Source: an uncultured Veillonellaceae bacterium (GTDB taxonomy: Bacteria > Bacillota > Negativicutes > JARBTT01). From it: a DNA stretch of 64,000 nucleotides. Position 1 is the first letter of the stretch, and every line of letters begins with the position of its first letter. Shown in pieces: positions 48,489 through 59,098 of this stretch. Made by a program: the position numbers and the translations under genes. The stretch lies in contig CAWDTA010000001.1 in assembly GCA_963805085.1 (NCBI GenBank), positions 192,001-256,000 on the forward strand, written 5' to 3'. The notes under the pieces are model-generated. The model was not told the origin of the DNA and made no database searches. It worked only from the letters and a program-made list of their open reading frames with translations.

Positions 48489-49435
48489 TAGCCTACTTGT
48501 TTGTTAACGATATTGAGCATTTCTGAATCATTATAGAATTTACTAAGGTTTTCAATAAATAATTTTAAAGCACGATCAATATAATATGGTGAGTTTGCTG
48601 CAATATGAGGTGTGATAATAAGGTTTTCTACCTCCCAAAGAGGAGAAGTTTCAGGGAGTGGTTCTTGCTCAAATACATCAAGAGCGGCTCCTTTGATCAC
48701 ACCTATTTCCAGTGCAGTAATTAAATCAGCTTCATTTACGATAGCGCCACGGGCAACATTGATAAAGTAAGCTGATTTCTTCATATTACGGAACATTTCA
48801 AGCGAGAAAAGTCCTTTGGTTTGCTCAGTAAGAGGTAATGTCACAACAACAAAATCAGCAGAAGATAACAAATGAGGTAATTGATCCATAGGGTAAAGTT
48901 TATCAACAAATATTTCTTGCGTCATTGTACGCTTGGTTGCAAGCACTTTCATACCAAGGCACTTTGCTCTTTTGGCGATTTCGCGACCGATGCTGCCTAA
49001 CCCGATGATCGCAATTGATTTATCATACAGCTCTTCTAATGAAAAATGTTGCCAAAACTTTGCTTTTTGACTTTCGTAGGTTTGATTGATTGCCCGAGTG
49101 AAAGTCAACATCATCGCTAAAACATGTTCAGCCATAGGAATGCCATGAATACCACGTGAGTTTGTCAACGTGATATTAGAGTTTATGAGCTCAGGCGAAA
49201 GTAAATTGTCAACACCAGCACTAAGCGCATGAACCCACTTCAAACGACTTGCCTTTGGTAGTAGCTCGCGGATGTCATGTTGTCCCCAAGTAATTAATAT
49301 ATCAGTATCTGCAATATAATTGATTGCTTCATATTTTTTACATACAGTTACATTGATATTCGGTCCAATCTCGCTGATCATATTGGTTTGTTTGTCACTT
49401 AACCGTTGCACCACTAGTATATTGAGTGAAGGCAT
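48485..49435 (-). CDS. D-2-hydroxyacid dehydrogenase
   Basis: SAGVD, TNSRG, AEH, IIGLGSIG, PLT..T, INVARG, AALDVF..EPLP, ITPH. Confidence 0.93.
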   Translation of the reverse strand: MPSLNILVVQRLSDKQTNMISEIGPNINVTVCKKYEAINYIADTDILITWGQHDIRELLPKASRLKWVHALSAGVDNLLSPELINSNITLTNSRGIHGIPMAEHVLAMMLTFTRAINQTYESQKAKFWQHFSLEELYDKSIAIIGLGSIGREIAKRAKCLGMKVLATKRTMTQEIFVDKLYPMDQLPHLLSSADFVVVTLPLTEQTKGLFSLEMFRNMKKSAYFINVARGAIVNEADLITALEIGVIKGAALDVFEQEPLPETSPLWEVENLIITPHIAANSPYYIDRALKLFIENLSKFYNDSEMLNIVNKQVGY

Positions 49436-49534
49436 GATAAATATCTCCCTTTATCTGTTGTTTTTCGCGTATAATAGTTTTTCATTATACACCTTATACT
49501 ATTCTACATAGAAGCGAAAATCCCTACAAATGGG

Positions 49535-49596
49535 TTGACGAATCAAAACACGAGTGTTAATATAGTAACATGTTATTACTTTAAACAAGTAAAGCG
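49535..49596 (+). promoter_or_regulatory. his operon promoter with putative HisR operator
   Basis: TTGACG-17-TAATAT (49535-49563), then palindrome TACTTTA-aacaag-TAAAGCG (49577-49596). Confidence 0.7.
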
Positions 49597-49618
49597 ATGA
49601 ATTTTATAGGAGGCTCTT

Positions 49619-50284
49619 ATGACTTCAAATGATATGGAATACTTAACAATTGCATTACCAAAAGGAAAATTATTTCAACCATCAGCGGATATTTTAGCAA
49701 AGATCGGATATACTGCTGAGGGATTAAGCGAAAAATCACGTAAATTGGTGATTACAAATGAAGAGAAAAAAATAAAATTTATCATCACAAAAACTGCTGA
49801 TTTACCTACGTATGTTGAATATGGTGCAGCGGATATCGGTATTATCGGCAAGGATATTTTACTTGAAGAAGGCAAAGATGTGTATGAACTCTTGGATTTA
49901 AAATATGGTTTTTGCCGATTGATGGTAGCTGTTCCACAAGCTTTATTACAGGAAAAACTAAGTGATTATGCACATATGCGTGTAGCTACTAAGTTCCCCC
50001 ATGTAGCAGAACGATTTTTCAATAGTAAAGGGATTCAAATGGAATTTATTAAGCTAAACGGATCTATTGAACTTGGACCAATGGTTGGTCTTGCCGAAAT
50101 CATTGTCGATATCGTGGAAACGGGTCGGACATTAAAAGAAAATAATTTGATTGAAATTGCACAAATCACGAATGCGACAGCACGCTTTATAGCCAATCGT
50201 GTAAGTTTTAAAATGAAATTTGATCGTATCAATCAAATGGTAGAAGATTTACGGGTTATTGTGGAAAGTGGGGAAGGTAAATGA
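49619..50284 (+). CDS. hisG: ATP phosphoribosyltransferase, short form
   Basis: IALPKG, DLPTYVEYGAADIGIIGKD, VATKFP, GSIELGP, IVDIVETG.TL.EN. Confidence 0.97.
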   Translation: MTSNDMEYLTIALPKGKLFQPSADILAKIGYTAEGLSEKSRKLVITNEEKKIKFIITKTADLPTYVEYGAADIGIIGKDILLEEGKDVYELLDLKYGFCRLMVAVPQALLQEKLSDYAHMRVATKFPHVAERFFNSKGIQMEFIKLNGSIELGPMVGLAEIIVDIVETGRTLKENNLIEIAQITNATARFIANRVSFKMKFDRINQMVEDLRVIVESGEGK

Positions 50285-51618
50285 AAGTTGTAAATGCAGC
50301 AACTTTAACAGCTGAGGAAATAAAAAAATTATTGACGAAGCCTGCGTTTGATCAAGTCGTATTGAGTGAAGGCATCCGAGCTAAAAATAGAGAGCTATTT
50401 GGTGAAGATTTAACAGCGGCAGAGGTTGTTGAAAAAATCGTCAATGGCGTTCGGTTAAATGGTGATGCTGATGTTATCAAATATACAAAATTAATTGATG
50501 GCGCAGATTTTACTGAAAAATCATTTATTGTTACAGAAGAGGAATTTAGCGAAGCGGAAAACTTAGTTGATCCAGCTGTCTTTGCTTCTATTCAGAAAGC
50601 AGTCGCGAATGTTCGTCAGTATCACTTGGAGCAAAAACCAAATTCTTGGCTGACATACCGTGAACATGGATCAATATTAGGGCAATCTTGCATTCCACTT
50701 GATCGTGTAGGAATTTACGTACCAGGTGGTACCGCCTCTTATCCGTCATCTGTTATTATGAATGCAGTGCCAGCAGCTGTTGCTGGTGTAAAAGAAATCG
50801 TGATGATGGTACCACCAGCACGCGATAGAAAAGTAAATCCCTACGTATTAATGGCAGCTCGTGAAGCTGGGGTAACGAAAATATTTAAAATTGGTGGAGC
50901 TCAAGCGATTGCTGCTTTGGCCTTTGGTACAGAATCGGTACCGCGTGTTGATAAAATTACTGGCCCTGGGAACATTTTTGTAACACTGGCCAAAAAAGCC
51001 GTGTATGGTCATTGCGATATTGATATGCTGGCTGGCCCAAGTGAAATTTTGATTGTTGCCGATGAAAGTGCGAATCCAACCTATGTTGCCGCTGATATGC
51101 TGAGTCAAGCAGAACATGATGTTCTAGCATCTAGCATTGTCATTACGGATAGCTTGGAACTTGCCCGAAAAGTCGAAGTGGAAGTACAAGTGCAACTTGC
51201 AAAATTACCACGGCAAGAAATCGCGCGTGCTTCATTAGAAAAAAATGGTTTACTTATTGTGACCACAGATATCATGCAGGCAATCGAATTGGCGAATATT
51301 TCCGCACCAGAACATTTGGAAATTTTAACAGTAGAACCATTTCAGTTATTACCGTATGTTCGTCATGCAGGTGCTGTATTTTTAGGACCATATTCGCCAG
51401 AACCACTTGGTGATTATTTTGCGGGTCCTAATCATGTACTACCAACTGGTGGTACTGCTCGTTTCTATTCCGTGTTAAATGTAGAAACGTTTATGAAACG
51501 CACTAGTATTATTTCCTATACACAGCCAGCACTTGCGGCTGTAAAAGAAGATATCATACGCTTGGCAGAGGCTGAGGGATTAGAAGCACATGCCAATGCA
51601 ATTCGAATGAGAGGTTAA
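50281..51618 (+). CDS. hisD: Histidinol dehydrogenase
   Basis: [57 protein letters not shown]. Confidence 0.98.
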   Translation: MKVVNAATLTAEEIKKLLTKPAFDQVVLSEGIRAKNRELFGEDLTAAEVVEKIVNGVRLNGDADVIKYTKLIDGADFTEKSFIVTEEEFSEAENLVDPAVFASIQKAVANVRQYHLEQKPNSWLTYREHGSILGQSCIPLDRVGIYVPGGTASYPSSVIMNAVPAAVAGVKEIVMMVPPARDRKVNPYVLMAAREAGVTKIFKIGGAQAIAALAFGTESVPRVDKITGPGNIFVTLAKKAVYGHCDIDMLAGPSEILIVADESANPTYVAADMLSQAEHDVLASSIVITDSLELARKVEVEVQVQLAKLPRQEIARASLEKNGLLIVTTDIMQAIELANISAPEHLEILTVEPFQLLPYVRHAGAVFLGPYSPEPLGDYFAGPNHVLPTGGTARFYSVLNVETFMKRTSIISYTQPALAAVKEDIIRLAEAEGLEAHANAIRMRG

Positions 51619-51622
51619 AGAT

Positions 51623-52678
51623 ATGAAATATAGAGAAGGTCTGAATGAATTACCAACCTATGATGTTAGCGAAAAAGATTGGGATATTAAATTAAATGCC
51701 AATGAAAGTAATTTAAATTTACCGCCATTAGTGGAAGAACGTTTATTGAACCGGTTATCAAGAATTGCCTTTAATCGTTACCCTGATACAGAAAACGACG
51801 ATTTGAAAGAGTTAATTGCACAAAATTTTAAAGTTGCTATAGAAAATGTTTTACTAGGCAATGGCTCTAGTGAAATATTAGAAAAACTATTTTTTGCTTT
51901 TGGCGGCCCTAGTCGGAATATAGTCTTTCCGATTCCATCTTTTTCTATGTATAAAATTTATGCGAAGATAAGTGAGTCTACTGCAATTCCGGTAGAATTA
52001 GAAGCAGATTATACACTAGATCCAGAAAAAATCGTCAATGCAGCCAATGAAAATAACGCAAAATTGGTCGTTGTATGTACACCAAATAATCCAACCGGCA
52101 ATGCAGTTCCGCTTGCTTCCATTGAATATATTGCAGAAAATATTCAATGCCCATTTGCAGTCGATGAAGCTTACGTAGAGTTTCATGGGTTATCTGCCGC
52201 TGGCTTACTTGAAAAATATCCAAACATAATCATTGCGCGTACCTTCTCCAAAGCTTATGGATTAGCTGCGGCTCGCATTGGTTATATGCTAGCGAGTAAA
52301 GAAATTACGGAAATGGTAAGCAAAGCTTGTATGCCATATCATATTAATACGATGACACTGATGGCTGCGGCAATTGTCTATCAAATGCGTGATGAATTTG
52401 TACCGCGTATTCAAATGTACGTTGCCGAACGTAAACGCATGGCAGAAGCGCTTGCTAAAATTGATGGTATTACTGTATATCCATCCGACACTAATTTCAT
52501 CTTAATCAAATACGCTAAAGCAACAGAGCTCAATGAATACCTAGAAAACCTAAAAATCGGTGTCAGAAGCTTTGGCAATGCACCGAGGTTAGAAGATTGT
52601 CTGCGTATTACGGTAGGAACTCGCGAGGAAAATGATACTTGGTTTAAAGTATTAAAAGGTTTTGTCGAAAGGGGCTAA
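51623..52678 (+). CDS. hisC: Histidinol-phosphate aminotransferase
   Basis: KLNANES, NRYP, GNGSSE, PNNPTG, DEAY.EF, RTFSKAYGLA.ARIGY. Confidence 0.96.
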   Translation: MKYREGLNELPTYDVSEKDWDIKLNANESNLNLPPLVEERLLNRLSRIAFNRYPDTENDDLKELIAQNFKVAIENVLLGNGSSEILEKLFFAFGGPSRNIVFPIPSFSMYKIYAKISESTAIPVELEADYTLDPEKIVNAANENNAKLVVVCTPNNPTGNAVPLASIEYIAENIQCPFAVDEAYVEFHGLSAAGLLEKYPNIIIARTFSKAYGLAAARIGYMLASKEITEMVSKACMPYHINTMTLMAAAIVYQMRDEFVPRIQMYVAERKRMAEALAKIDGITVYPSDTNFILIKYAKATELNEYLENLKIGVRSFGNAPRLEDCLRITVGTREENDTWFKVLKGFVERG

Positions 52679-52682
52679 ACAA

Positions 52683-53270
52683 ATGCGTCAGGCGGAAATA
52701 GTTCGTAAAACAGCAGAGACCAATATTAAAGTGAATATCAACTTGGATGGTGACGGTTCTTCCACCATTGCTACAGGTGTGGGCTTTTTTGATCATATGC
52801 TGATTTTATTAAGTAAACACGGCTTATTTGATATGACGGTAAATTGTGATGGGGATTTGCACATTGATGGTCATCATACGGTAGAGGATATCGGTATTTG
52901 CTTTGGGCAAGCCTTTATGAGAGCTTTAGGTGATAAGCAAGGAATCAAACGGTATGGAACTAGCTTTGTTCCAATGGATGAAGCGCTAGCGATGGTATCG
53001 CTTGATATTAGTGGGCGTGCTTATCTTGTGTATGATGTAGAGCAAACATTAACACCGATGATTGGTGATTATGATAGCGAACTTACAGAAGAATTTTTAA
53101 GGGCATTTGTAAATAATGCAGGAGTTACGCTTCATGTAAAGATGCTACACGGTAAAAATTCACATCATATTGTAGAGGCGATATTTAAGGCACTTGGTAG
53201 AGCTTTGTGCGAGGCGTGCAGTAAAGATCCACGAATTAAAGGCGTGATGTCGACAAAGGGAATGCTTTAA
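52683..53270 (+). CDS. hisB: Imidazoleglycerol-phosphate dehydratase (monofunctional)
   Basis: RKTAET, FFDHML, DGHHTVED, PMDEAL, NSHHIVEA.FK, STKG. Confidence 0.97.
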   Translation: MRQAEIVRKTAETNIKVNINLDGDGSSTIATGVGFFDHMLILLSKHGLFDMTVNCDGDLHIDGHHTVEDIGICFGQAFMRALGDKQGIKRYGTSFVPMDEALAMVSLDISGRAYLVYDVEQTLTPMIGDYDSELTEEFLRAFVNNAGVTLHVKMLHGKNSHHIVEAIFKALGRALCEACSKDPRIKGVMSTKGML

Positions 53271-53293
53271 GTCTAAGCAAGGGAGGATAAGCA

Positions 53294-53896
53294 ATGATTG
53301 CAATTATAGATTATGGGATGGGAAATCTGTTTAGCGTGGAGAAAGCATTTGTAAAACTTGGTGCTGAGGTTGTTGTCACAACTGACGCAAAGATCATTGC
53401 CGCGGCAGATAAAGTCGTACTGCCAGGTGTAGGGGCGTTTGGGGACTGTATGAAAAATTTAGAAACGTCAGGGCTTATTCCGATCATTATGGAGACGGCA
53501 GCTTCAGGTAAGCCGTTTTTGGGAATATGTCTTGGTCTGCAAGTGATGTTTGAAGGTAGCGAAGAAGCACCAGGTATTAAAGGGCTAGGCATCTTTAAAG
53601 GGCTTGTGAAAAAGATTGTTGCTCCCAAATTGAAAATTCCTCATATGGGCTGGAATAGCTTAAAGATGGCTGCGAAAAGTCCATTGCTAGATAATTTACC
53701 AGAAGCCCCATATGTTTATTTTGTCCATAGCTTTCATGCAGTGCCAAGTGAGGCAAATATCGTAACGGCATTTGTGGAGTATGGTGGTAAAGTAACAGCG
53801 GCAGTTGGTAAGAAGAATGTCCAAGCAATGCAATTTCACCCTGAAAAATCAAGTAGCATAGGGCTTAAAATCTTAGAAAACTTCGTTAGACTATAA
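53294..53896 (+). CDS. hisH: Imidazole glycerol phosphate synthase glutaminase subunit
   Basis: DYGMGN, PGVGAF, GICLG, PHMGWN, YFVHS, QFHPEKS. Confidence 0.97.
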   Translation: MIAIIDYGMGNLFSVEKAFVKLGAEVVVTTDAKIIAAADKVVLPGVGAFGDCMKNLETSGLIPIIMETAASGKPFLGICLGLQVMFEGSEEAPGIKGLGIFKGLVKKIVAPKLKIPHMGWNSLKMAAKSPLLDNLPEAPYVYFVHSFHAVPSEANIVTAFVEYGGKVTAAVGKKNVQAMQFHPEKSSSIGLKILENFVRL

Positions 53897-53924
53897 TTTG
53901 GATCAAGAGTAAGGAGCAAATTTA

Positions 53925-54653
53925 ATGATTATTTTTCCTGCGATAGATATCCGTGACGGTAAATGTGTACGTCTAACCGAAGGACGTTTTGATAAGGAAA
54001 CTATTTTCGGTGACTATCCAGCTGATATGGCAAAAAAATGGGCGAGTCTTGGTGCTGAGTTTTTGCATATCGTTGATCTAGATGGCGCATTGGCTGGTAA
54101 ATCAGTAAATTTGCCAGCGATTCAAGCAATTATTGACAGTGTCGACATTCCAGTGCAATTGGGTGGCGGAATTCGAACTATTGAAAATATCGAAGAAGTG
54201 TTAAAATTAGGGGTAAGCCGTGTTATTTTAGGTTCTGTTGCGGTTCAGAGTCCCGAACTTGTGAAAACAGCTTGTGAAAAGTTTGGCGATAAAATCGTTG
54301 TTGGTATTGATGCACGAGATGGTATTGTAGCCGTAGAAGGTTGGGGGATATCTGGTGGTGTAGAAGCCGAAAAACTCGCAAAAAAAATGGCAGCGGTAGG
54401 GGTAAAACGCATTGTATATACGGATATTTCCCGTGATGGTACCTTGACTGGTGTAAATACTGAGGCCACAGCAAAGCTTGCAAGGGTAAGTGGGATCAAA
54501 GTAATTGCTTCTGGTGGGGTTCGTTCAATTCAAGATATGATTGATGTCAAAGCAGTAGAAGCAGATGGAGTGGAAGGTGTTATCGTGGGGAAAGCGATTT
54601 ATACCGATTCCCTTGATTTAGTGGAAGCATTAAAAGTGGCAAAGGGGGAATAA
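53925..54653 (+). CDS. hisA: ProFAR isomerase
   Basis: [39 protein letters not shown]. Confidence 0.97.
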   Translation: MIIFPAIDIRDGKCVRLTEGRFDKETIFGDYPADMAKKWASLGAEFLHIVDLDGALAGKSVNLPAIQAIIDSVDIPVQLGGGIRTIENIEEVLKLGVSRVILGSVAVQSPELVKTACEKFGDKIVVGIDARDGIVAVEGWGISGGVEAEKLAKKMAAVGVKRIVYTDISRDGTLTGVNTEATAKLARVSGIKVIASGGVRSIQDMIDVKAVEADGVEGVIVGKAIYTDSLDLVEALKVAKGE

Positions 54654-54655
54654 AT

Positions 54656-55414
54656 ATGTATACAAAAAGAATTATTCCGTGCCTCGATGTGAAAGATGGT
54701 CGCGTAGTAAAGGGAACAAACTTCGTTGGACTTCGCGATGCTGGTGACCCAACGGAACTCGCATCGGTATACGATAGAGAAATTGCAGATGAGTTAGTAT
54801 TACTAGATATCACGGCGTCTCATGAAGAGCGGAAAACGATGGTGGAAGTCGTTTCGGATTGTGCTTCGCAAGTATTTATTCCGTTCACCGTAGGTGGGGG
54901 CATTCGCAGTGTAGAAGATATTCGTAAAATGTTAAAAGCTGGTGCAGATAAAGTATCTTTAAACACAGCAGCGATTCAGAATCCTAGTTTAATTGCAGAA
55001 GGGGCGGCAAAATTTGGTTGCCAATGTATTGTCCTTGCGGTAGATGCGCGCAAGTGCGATGAAGGAAAATGGGAAGTCTATATCAATGGTGGTCGTACCT
55101 CGACAGGATTAGATTGCTTAGCATGGGTGAAAGAAGCTGTTCGTTTAGGTGCGGGAGAAATTCTCTTAACGAGTATGGACAAAGATGGTACCAAAGATGG
55201 CTATGATATTGAACTTACGCGTGCTATATCCGAAGCTGTTGATGTGCCAGTGATTGCTTCAGGTGGTGCTGGTGAACTAGAACACTTTTATGACGTACTA
55301 ACCGCAGGTAAAGCGGATGCTGTGCTTGCTGCATCTGTTTTCCATTATGGACAATTTACCGTAAGACAAGTAAAGGAATATTTAAAATCACGCGGTGTGG
55401 AGGTTAGATTATGA
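54656..55414 (+). CDS. hisF: Imidazole glycerol phosphate synthase cyclase subunit
   Basis: [48 protein letters not shown]. Confidence 0.98.
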   Translation: MYTKRIIPCLDVKDGRVVKGTNFVGLRDAGDPTELASVYDREIADELVLLDITASHEERKTMVEVVSDCASQVFIPFTVGGGIRSVEDIRKMLKAGADKVSLNTAAIQNPSLIAEGAAKFGCQCIVLAVDARKCDEGKWEVYINGGRTSTGLDCLAWVKEAVRLGAGEILLTSMDKDGTKDGYDIELTRAISEAVDVPVIASGGAGELEHFYDVLTAGKADAVLAASVFHYGQFTVRQVKEYLKSRGVEVRL

Positions 55415-56094
55415 ACTTAGACAATATTAAATTTGATGAACAAGGTCTTGTACCAGCGATTATTCAAGATGATCAAGGTCAAGTGTTGATGCTAGCCTAT
55501 ATGAATAAAGTATCTTTAGAAAAAACAGTGGAAACAGGGCTTACTTGGTTTTATAGCCGTAGTCGTAAAGGTTTGTGGCAAAAAGGGGAAACTTCTGGCA
55601 ATATACAAAAGGTAAAAGAAATTTCCTATGATTGTGACGGTGATACTTTATTGGTTAAAGTAGAACAAACAGGAGCAGCCTGCCATACGGGAACATACTC
55701 TTGTTTTAATCGTAATCTTGGCGAGAATGAAAGTAGTGTAGCCACTTTATTTGATGCAAATAAAGTCTATGGGCAATCCGTTTCGACCATTTTACATGAC
55801 CTTTATAATGTTATCAATGATCGTAAGCTTCATCCTAAAGAAGGTTCTTATACAAATTTCTTGTTTGAACATGGTCAAGATAAAATTTTGAAAAAAATCG
55901 GCGAAGAAGCAGCAGAAACAATTATCGCCTCGAAAAATATGGATAAAGAGGAGATCCTTTACGAAATGGGAGATCTTTGGTATCATTGTTTAGTGTTATT
56001 AGCTTTCCACAATATTTCGCCAAGTGAACTTTTGGGTGAATTACAAAATCGTAGAAGTGGTGGAGCGTATCATCAATTCGTAAAACCAGAATAG
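55411..56094 (+). CDS. hisIE: Bifunctional PR-AMP cyclohydrolase / PR-ATP pyrophosphatase
   Basis: SRSR..LW.KGETSGN, DCDGD, ACHTG..SCF; SYT, KKIGEE..E, DL.YH. Confidence 0.97.
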   Translation: MNLDNIKFDEQGLVPAIIQDDQGQVLMLAYMNKVSLEKTVETGLTWFYSRSRKGLWQKGETSGNIQKVKEISYDCDGDTLLVKVEQTGAACHTGTYSCFNRNLGENESSVATLFDANKVYGQSVSTILHDLYNVINDRKLHPKEGSYTNFLFEHGQDKILKKIGEEAAETIIASKNMDKEEILYEMGDLWYHCLVLLAFHNISPSELLGELQNRRSGGAYHQFVKPE

Positions 56095-56110
56095 ACGGAG
56101 AGAATAATTC

Positions 56111-56848
56111 ATGAAAAAAAATTTTGGAACAGAATTTATGGAGAGAACGCGTTGTGCGAATTTAGCACCAACGAATCGTGAAAAAGGACTGCCACAGCCG
56201 CCAATAGAATTACCAGTCGAGGGCGCAGTCAAGTTGATTCATTTGCCAGAACCTGATTTACTGGTAGATAAAGAAGTAAACTTCTTAGAACTGATTGAAC
56301 TTCGTACCAGTGTTCGTCAATACCAGCAAACGGATATTTCACTGAAAGATTTATCTTATTTACTTTGGTGTACACAGGGTGTCAAAATGGTAACACCATC
56401 TGGAAATGCAACATTGCGCAATGTGCCGTCCGCAGGAGCAAGGCATGCTTTTGAGACTTATTTGCTGATTAATCATATCGAAGGACTAGAGCCGGGCTTA
56501 TATCGGTTTTTAGCTCTCGAACATTGTTTAATCGTAGTGGATTTGTCAGAGAAAGTAGCAGAGGAATTATCAGCCGCTTTTATGCAGCAAAAAATGATTC
56601 CCATGAGTAGTGTTACATTCATTTGGACAGCGGTAGCAGAACGCATGGCGTATGCTTACGGCGAGCGAGCCTATCGCTATCTGCACTTAGATGCAGGTCA
56701 CGTTTGCCAAAATTTATATTTAGCAGCGCAAACAATTAATTATGGAGCCTGTGCGATCGCACATTTTGACGATGAAAAATTAAATCAAGTGTTAAAAGTT
56801 GATGGCGAAAATCAATTTGCAATCTATGCGGCAAGCGTAGGTAAATAA
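56111..56848 (+). CDS. SagB/ThcOx-like nitroreductase-family flavoprotein
   Basis: R.SVRQY, LSYLLW..QG, R.VPSAGARH..E.Y, YGERAYRY..LDAGH.CQNLYL.A. Confidence 0.88.
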   Translation: MKKNFGTEFMERTRCANLAPTNREKGLPQPPIELPVEGAVKLIHLPEPDLLVDKEVNFLELIELRTSVRQYQQTDISLKDLSYLLWCTQGVKMVTPSGNATLRNVPSAGARHAFETYLLINHIEGLEPGLYRFLALEHCLIVVDLSEKVAEELSAAFMQQKMIPMSSVTFIWTAVAERMAYAYGERAYRYLHLDAGHVCQNLYLAAQTINYGACAIAHFDDEKLNQVLKVDGENQFAIYAASVGK

Positions 56849-56855
56849 GGTAAGC

Positions 56856-56899
56856 ACAAAAGCCAGCACCGGTTTTTCGTAACGGTTGCTGGCTTTTGT
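56856..56899 (+). terminator. his operon terminator
   Basis: caaaagccagca / tgctggcttttg. Confidence 0.7.
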
Positions 56900-57167
56900 A
56901 GTTATTTTATTTTAGCTGTTTTTAAAAATTTTAGAAAAAAACACCATATGAACAAGTGTGATCATGCAAGCAAAGACAGCTTAGTTGTCTTTGCTCTGTA
57001 ACAAAAAGGTTCGATAGTTACTAGAAATTCAAAAAAAACTGTAAACTCCCTTATTTTTCTTGCGATTTTTAAAAAAATTATATTGCTCAAATAGCCTTTT
57101 TAAGATAATATTTATATGTTATAGTGTGAGTTTGCGTTTTGTATATTTATTGATAGTAGGTGGAATT

Positions 57168-58877
57168 GTGTATAGATACATTATTAAAATGAAATTACAG
57201 AAGTTTGCAAATGCAATCCAGAATGTTTTCCATGAAAATGTTGGTTTTATTATTGCACTCTTTTTGCTGAATTTTACGACAATGGCATGGTCGTTAATTT
57301 CGGAAGAAAAACTAGAGGTGATGACCAGTTACGGCTTTAGTTTATTTTTTGCTGCCTTTGGGGTTGCGGCTTTTGTCCAAATTCTTTATAATCCTATTTT
57401 AAAAAATCTAGTCAAAGCTGTTATCTTAACTATTACAGGCGTAATTTTTGTAATAGAGTTTTTTGCAATGTATAATTATAAAATTCTCATTGGAGCAGGG
57501 ATTGTTAATTCGATTTTTGAAACCAATTATCGTGAAATGATAGAATTTTTTGAAATGTATCTAGGCTTTAAAGAATGCATTGGTGTGTTAGGTTTATTAG
57601 CTATTATCTATTTTGTGAGGAAAAAGAATTTTACGTTTTGCAAGGTGAGCCATACGAAACCGAATAAAGTTGTTATGGGAATATTGGCGATCGGTTTTAT
57701 TTATACGATCCGCATGGTATCAGTTTATGGTCAGTTTTTCACCGATCATCAATATTTGCCAATTCAAAGAGCCTATGCTTCGGCACAAGTAGCTTTTAAA
57801 AATATGGAAGCGTATAATAATTTAACTTCTAGGTTAAATGATAAAATCGAATTAACCGAAAATAAAAGTAAGATAAAAAATGTTGTATTTATATTAGGTG
57901 AATCGACCAATCGTAATCATATGGGCTTATATGGATATCCATTACCAAATACCCCTAATCTGCAAAAAATGCAAGACGAACACAACTTGTATACATTTAG
58001 AGATGTGATTAGCCCTCATTCAACGACAATCGCGGTACTAAGTGAATTGCTTACTTTTTGTCATTTAGAATCAGATAAAGATTGGTATGAATATAATAAT
58101 ATCGTAGATGTCATGAATGCCGCAGGATATAAAACTTTTTGGTTATCCAATCAAGAAAGTTCAGGTATTTGGGGGAACGTTGCGCAAATTTTTGCCCAAC
58201 ATAGTTCAAAGCATGAATTTACAAGGCTTCGAGATTCGCGCGAAGATTATGGGGTTGTGGATGGCGAACTATTTCCATTGATTGACCGTGCCTTACAAGA
58301 ACGGCAAGATAAGAATTTCTTTGTGATTCATTTAATGGGAGAACACGGTTTGTATTATAATAGATTCCCGTATGCATTTTCTAAGTTTAACAAGGATGAT
58401 GTACCACTGAATGTGGATGATGAAAAGAAGACAATTGTTGCCCAATATGATAATGCAATCTATTATAATGATTACATTGTGAGTTCCATCATTGATAAAT
58501 TTAAAGATGACGAAACACTTGTCATCTATGTATCCGATCATGGCGAAGCTGTTTATGATGAGTCTAGTTTTTCTGGGCACATTGAAGAAAATCCGAATCG
58601 TCATATGATTGAAATCCCAATGCTTATGTGGGCTTCTGACAAGTTTAAGGAACAGTATCCAGAAAAAGTACAACGGATTAGTAAAGCGGTAAATAGACCG
58701 TATATGACGGATGATATGATTCATACCGTTTTAGATCTCACGGATATTAAAACAGCGGATTATGAAGCTAAGCGTAGTATAGTGAGCGACCAATTTGATC
58801 CAACGAGAAAACGTATTTTTAACAAGAAAGATTATGATTTGGAAATTAAAAATGGTGAAGCTGCAAAAAGCGAATAG
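57168..58877 (+). CDS. Phosphoethanolamine transferase (EptA/CptA-like sulfatase fold)
   Basis: About 5 N-terminal TM helices; ILGES, YGY...TP, catalytic Thr in HSTT, W.SNQ, HLMGEH, YDNAI.Y.D, SDHGE. Confidence 0.88.
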   Translation: MYRYIIKMKLQKFANAIQNVFHENVGFIIALFLLNFTTMAWSLISEEKLEVMTSYGFSLFFAAFGVAAFVQILYNPILKNLVKAVILTITGVIFVIEFFAMYNYKILIGAGIVNSIFETNYREMIEFFEMYLGFKECIGVLGLLAIIYFVRKKNFTFCKVSHTKPNKVVMGILAIGFIYTIRMVSVYGQFFTDHQYLPIQRAYASAQVAFKNMEAYNNLTSRLNDKIELTENKSKIKNVVFILGESTNRNHMGLYGYPLPNTPNLQKMQDEHNLYTFRDVISPHSTTIAVLSELLTFCHLESDKDWYEYNNIVDVMNAAGYKTFWLSNQESSGIWGNVAQIFAQHSSKHEFTRLRDSREDYGVVDGELFPLIDRALQERQDKNFFVIHLMGEHGLYYNRFPYAFSKFNKDDVPLNVDDEKKTIVAQYDNAIYYNDYIVSSIIDKFKDDETLVIYVSDHGEAVYDESSFSGHIEENPNRHMIEIPMLMWASDKFKEQYPEKVQRISKAVNRPYMTDDMIHTVLDLTDIKTADYEAKRSIVSDQFDPTRKRIFNKKDYDLEIKNGEAAKSE

Positions 58878-58891
58878 ATAAAAGGTTCAAT

Positions 58892-58937
58892 AAAAGATAG
58901 GACTGTTACAATGTTTTGTAGCAGTCCTATCTTTTTT
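58892..58937 (+). terminator. Terminator
   Basis: aaaagataggactgttacaa / ttgtagcagtcctatctttt plus T's. Confidence 0.75.
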
Positions 58938-58954
58938 CAGTGCATATTTAAGGA

Positions 58955-59012
58955 TTGACAAAATTAATGATAAGTATTATCATTAATTAACACAATACCC
59001 CCGTGAGGTGTT
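58955..59012 (+). promoter_or_regulatory. copA promoter with Fur-like and CsoR-like operators
   Basis: TTGACA-17-TATCAT. A 12-3-12 inverted repeat (58962-58988) contains TGATAAGTATTATCA. AATACCCCCGTGAGGTGTT at 58994-59012. Confidence 0.7.
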
Positions 59013-59098
59013 CTACATGCGGTTTCTATATTTGGATATGCTAGCAAATAAAATACACTATATTATTCCGCATTATATTGTGAGAAAGGAATAAAAAA

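Noticed and set aside
56111-56848. SagB/ThcOx gene as a sign of a RiPP cluster
   Set aside because: No YcaO, precursor peptide or transporter nearby; stand-alone members of this family are common.
56940-57030. Hairpin agcaaagaca/tgtctttgct as a c-di-GMP riboswitch, or a 17-aa leader ORF before the pEtN transferase
   Set aside because: It lacks the GEMM P1/GNRA architecture, and the short ORF has no SD.
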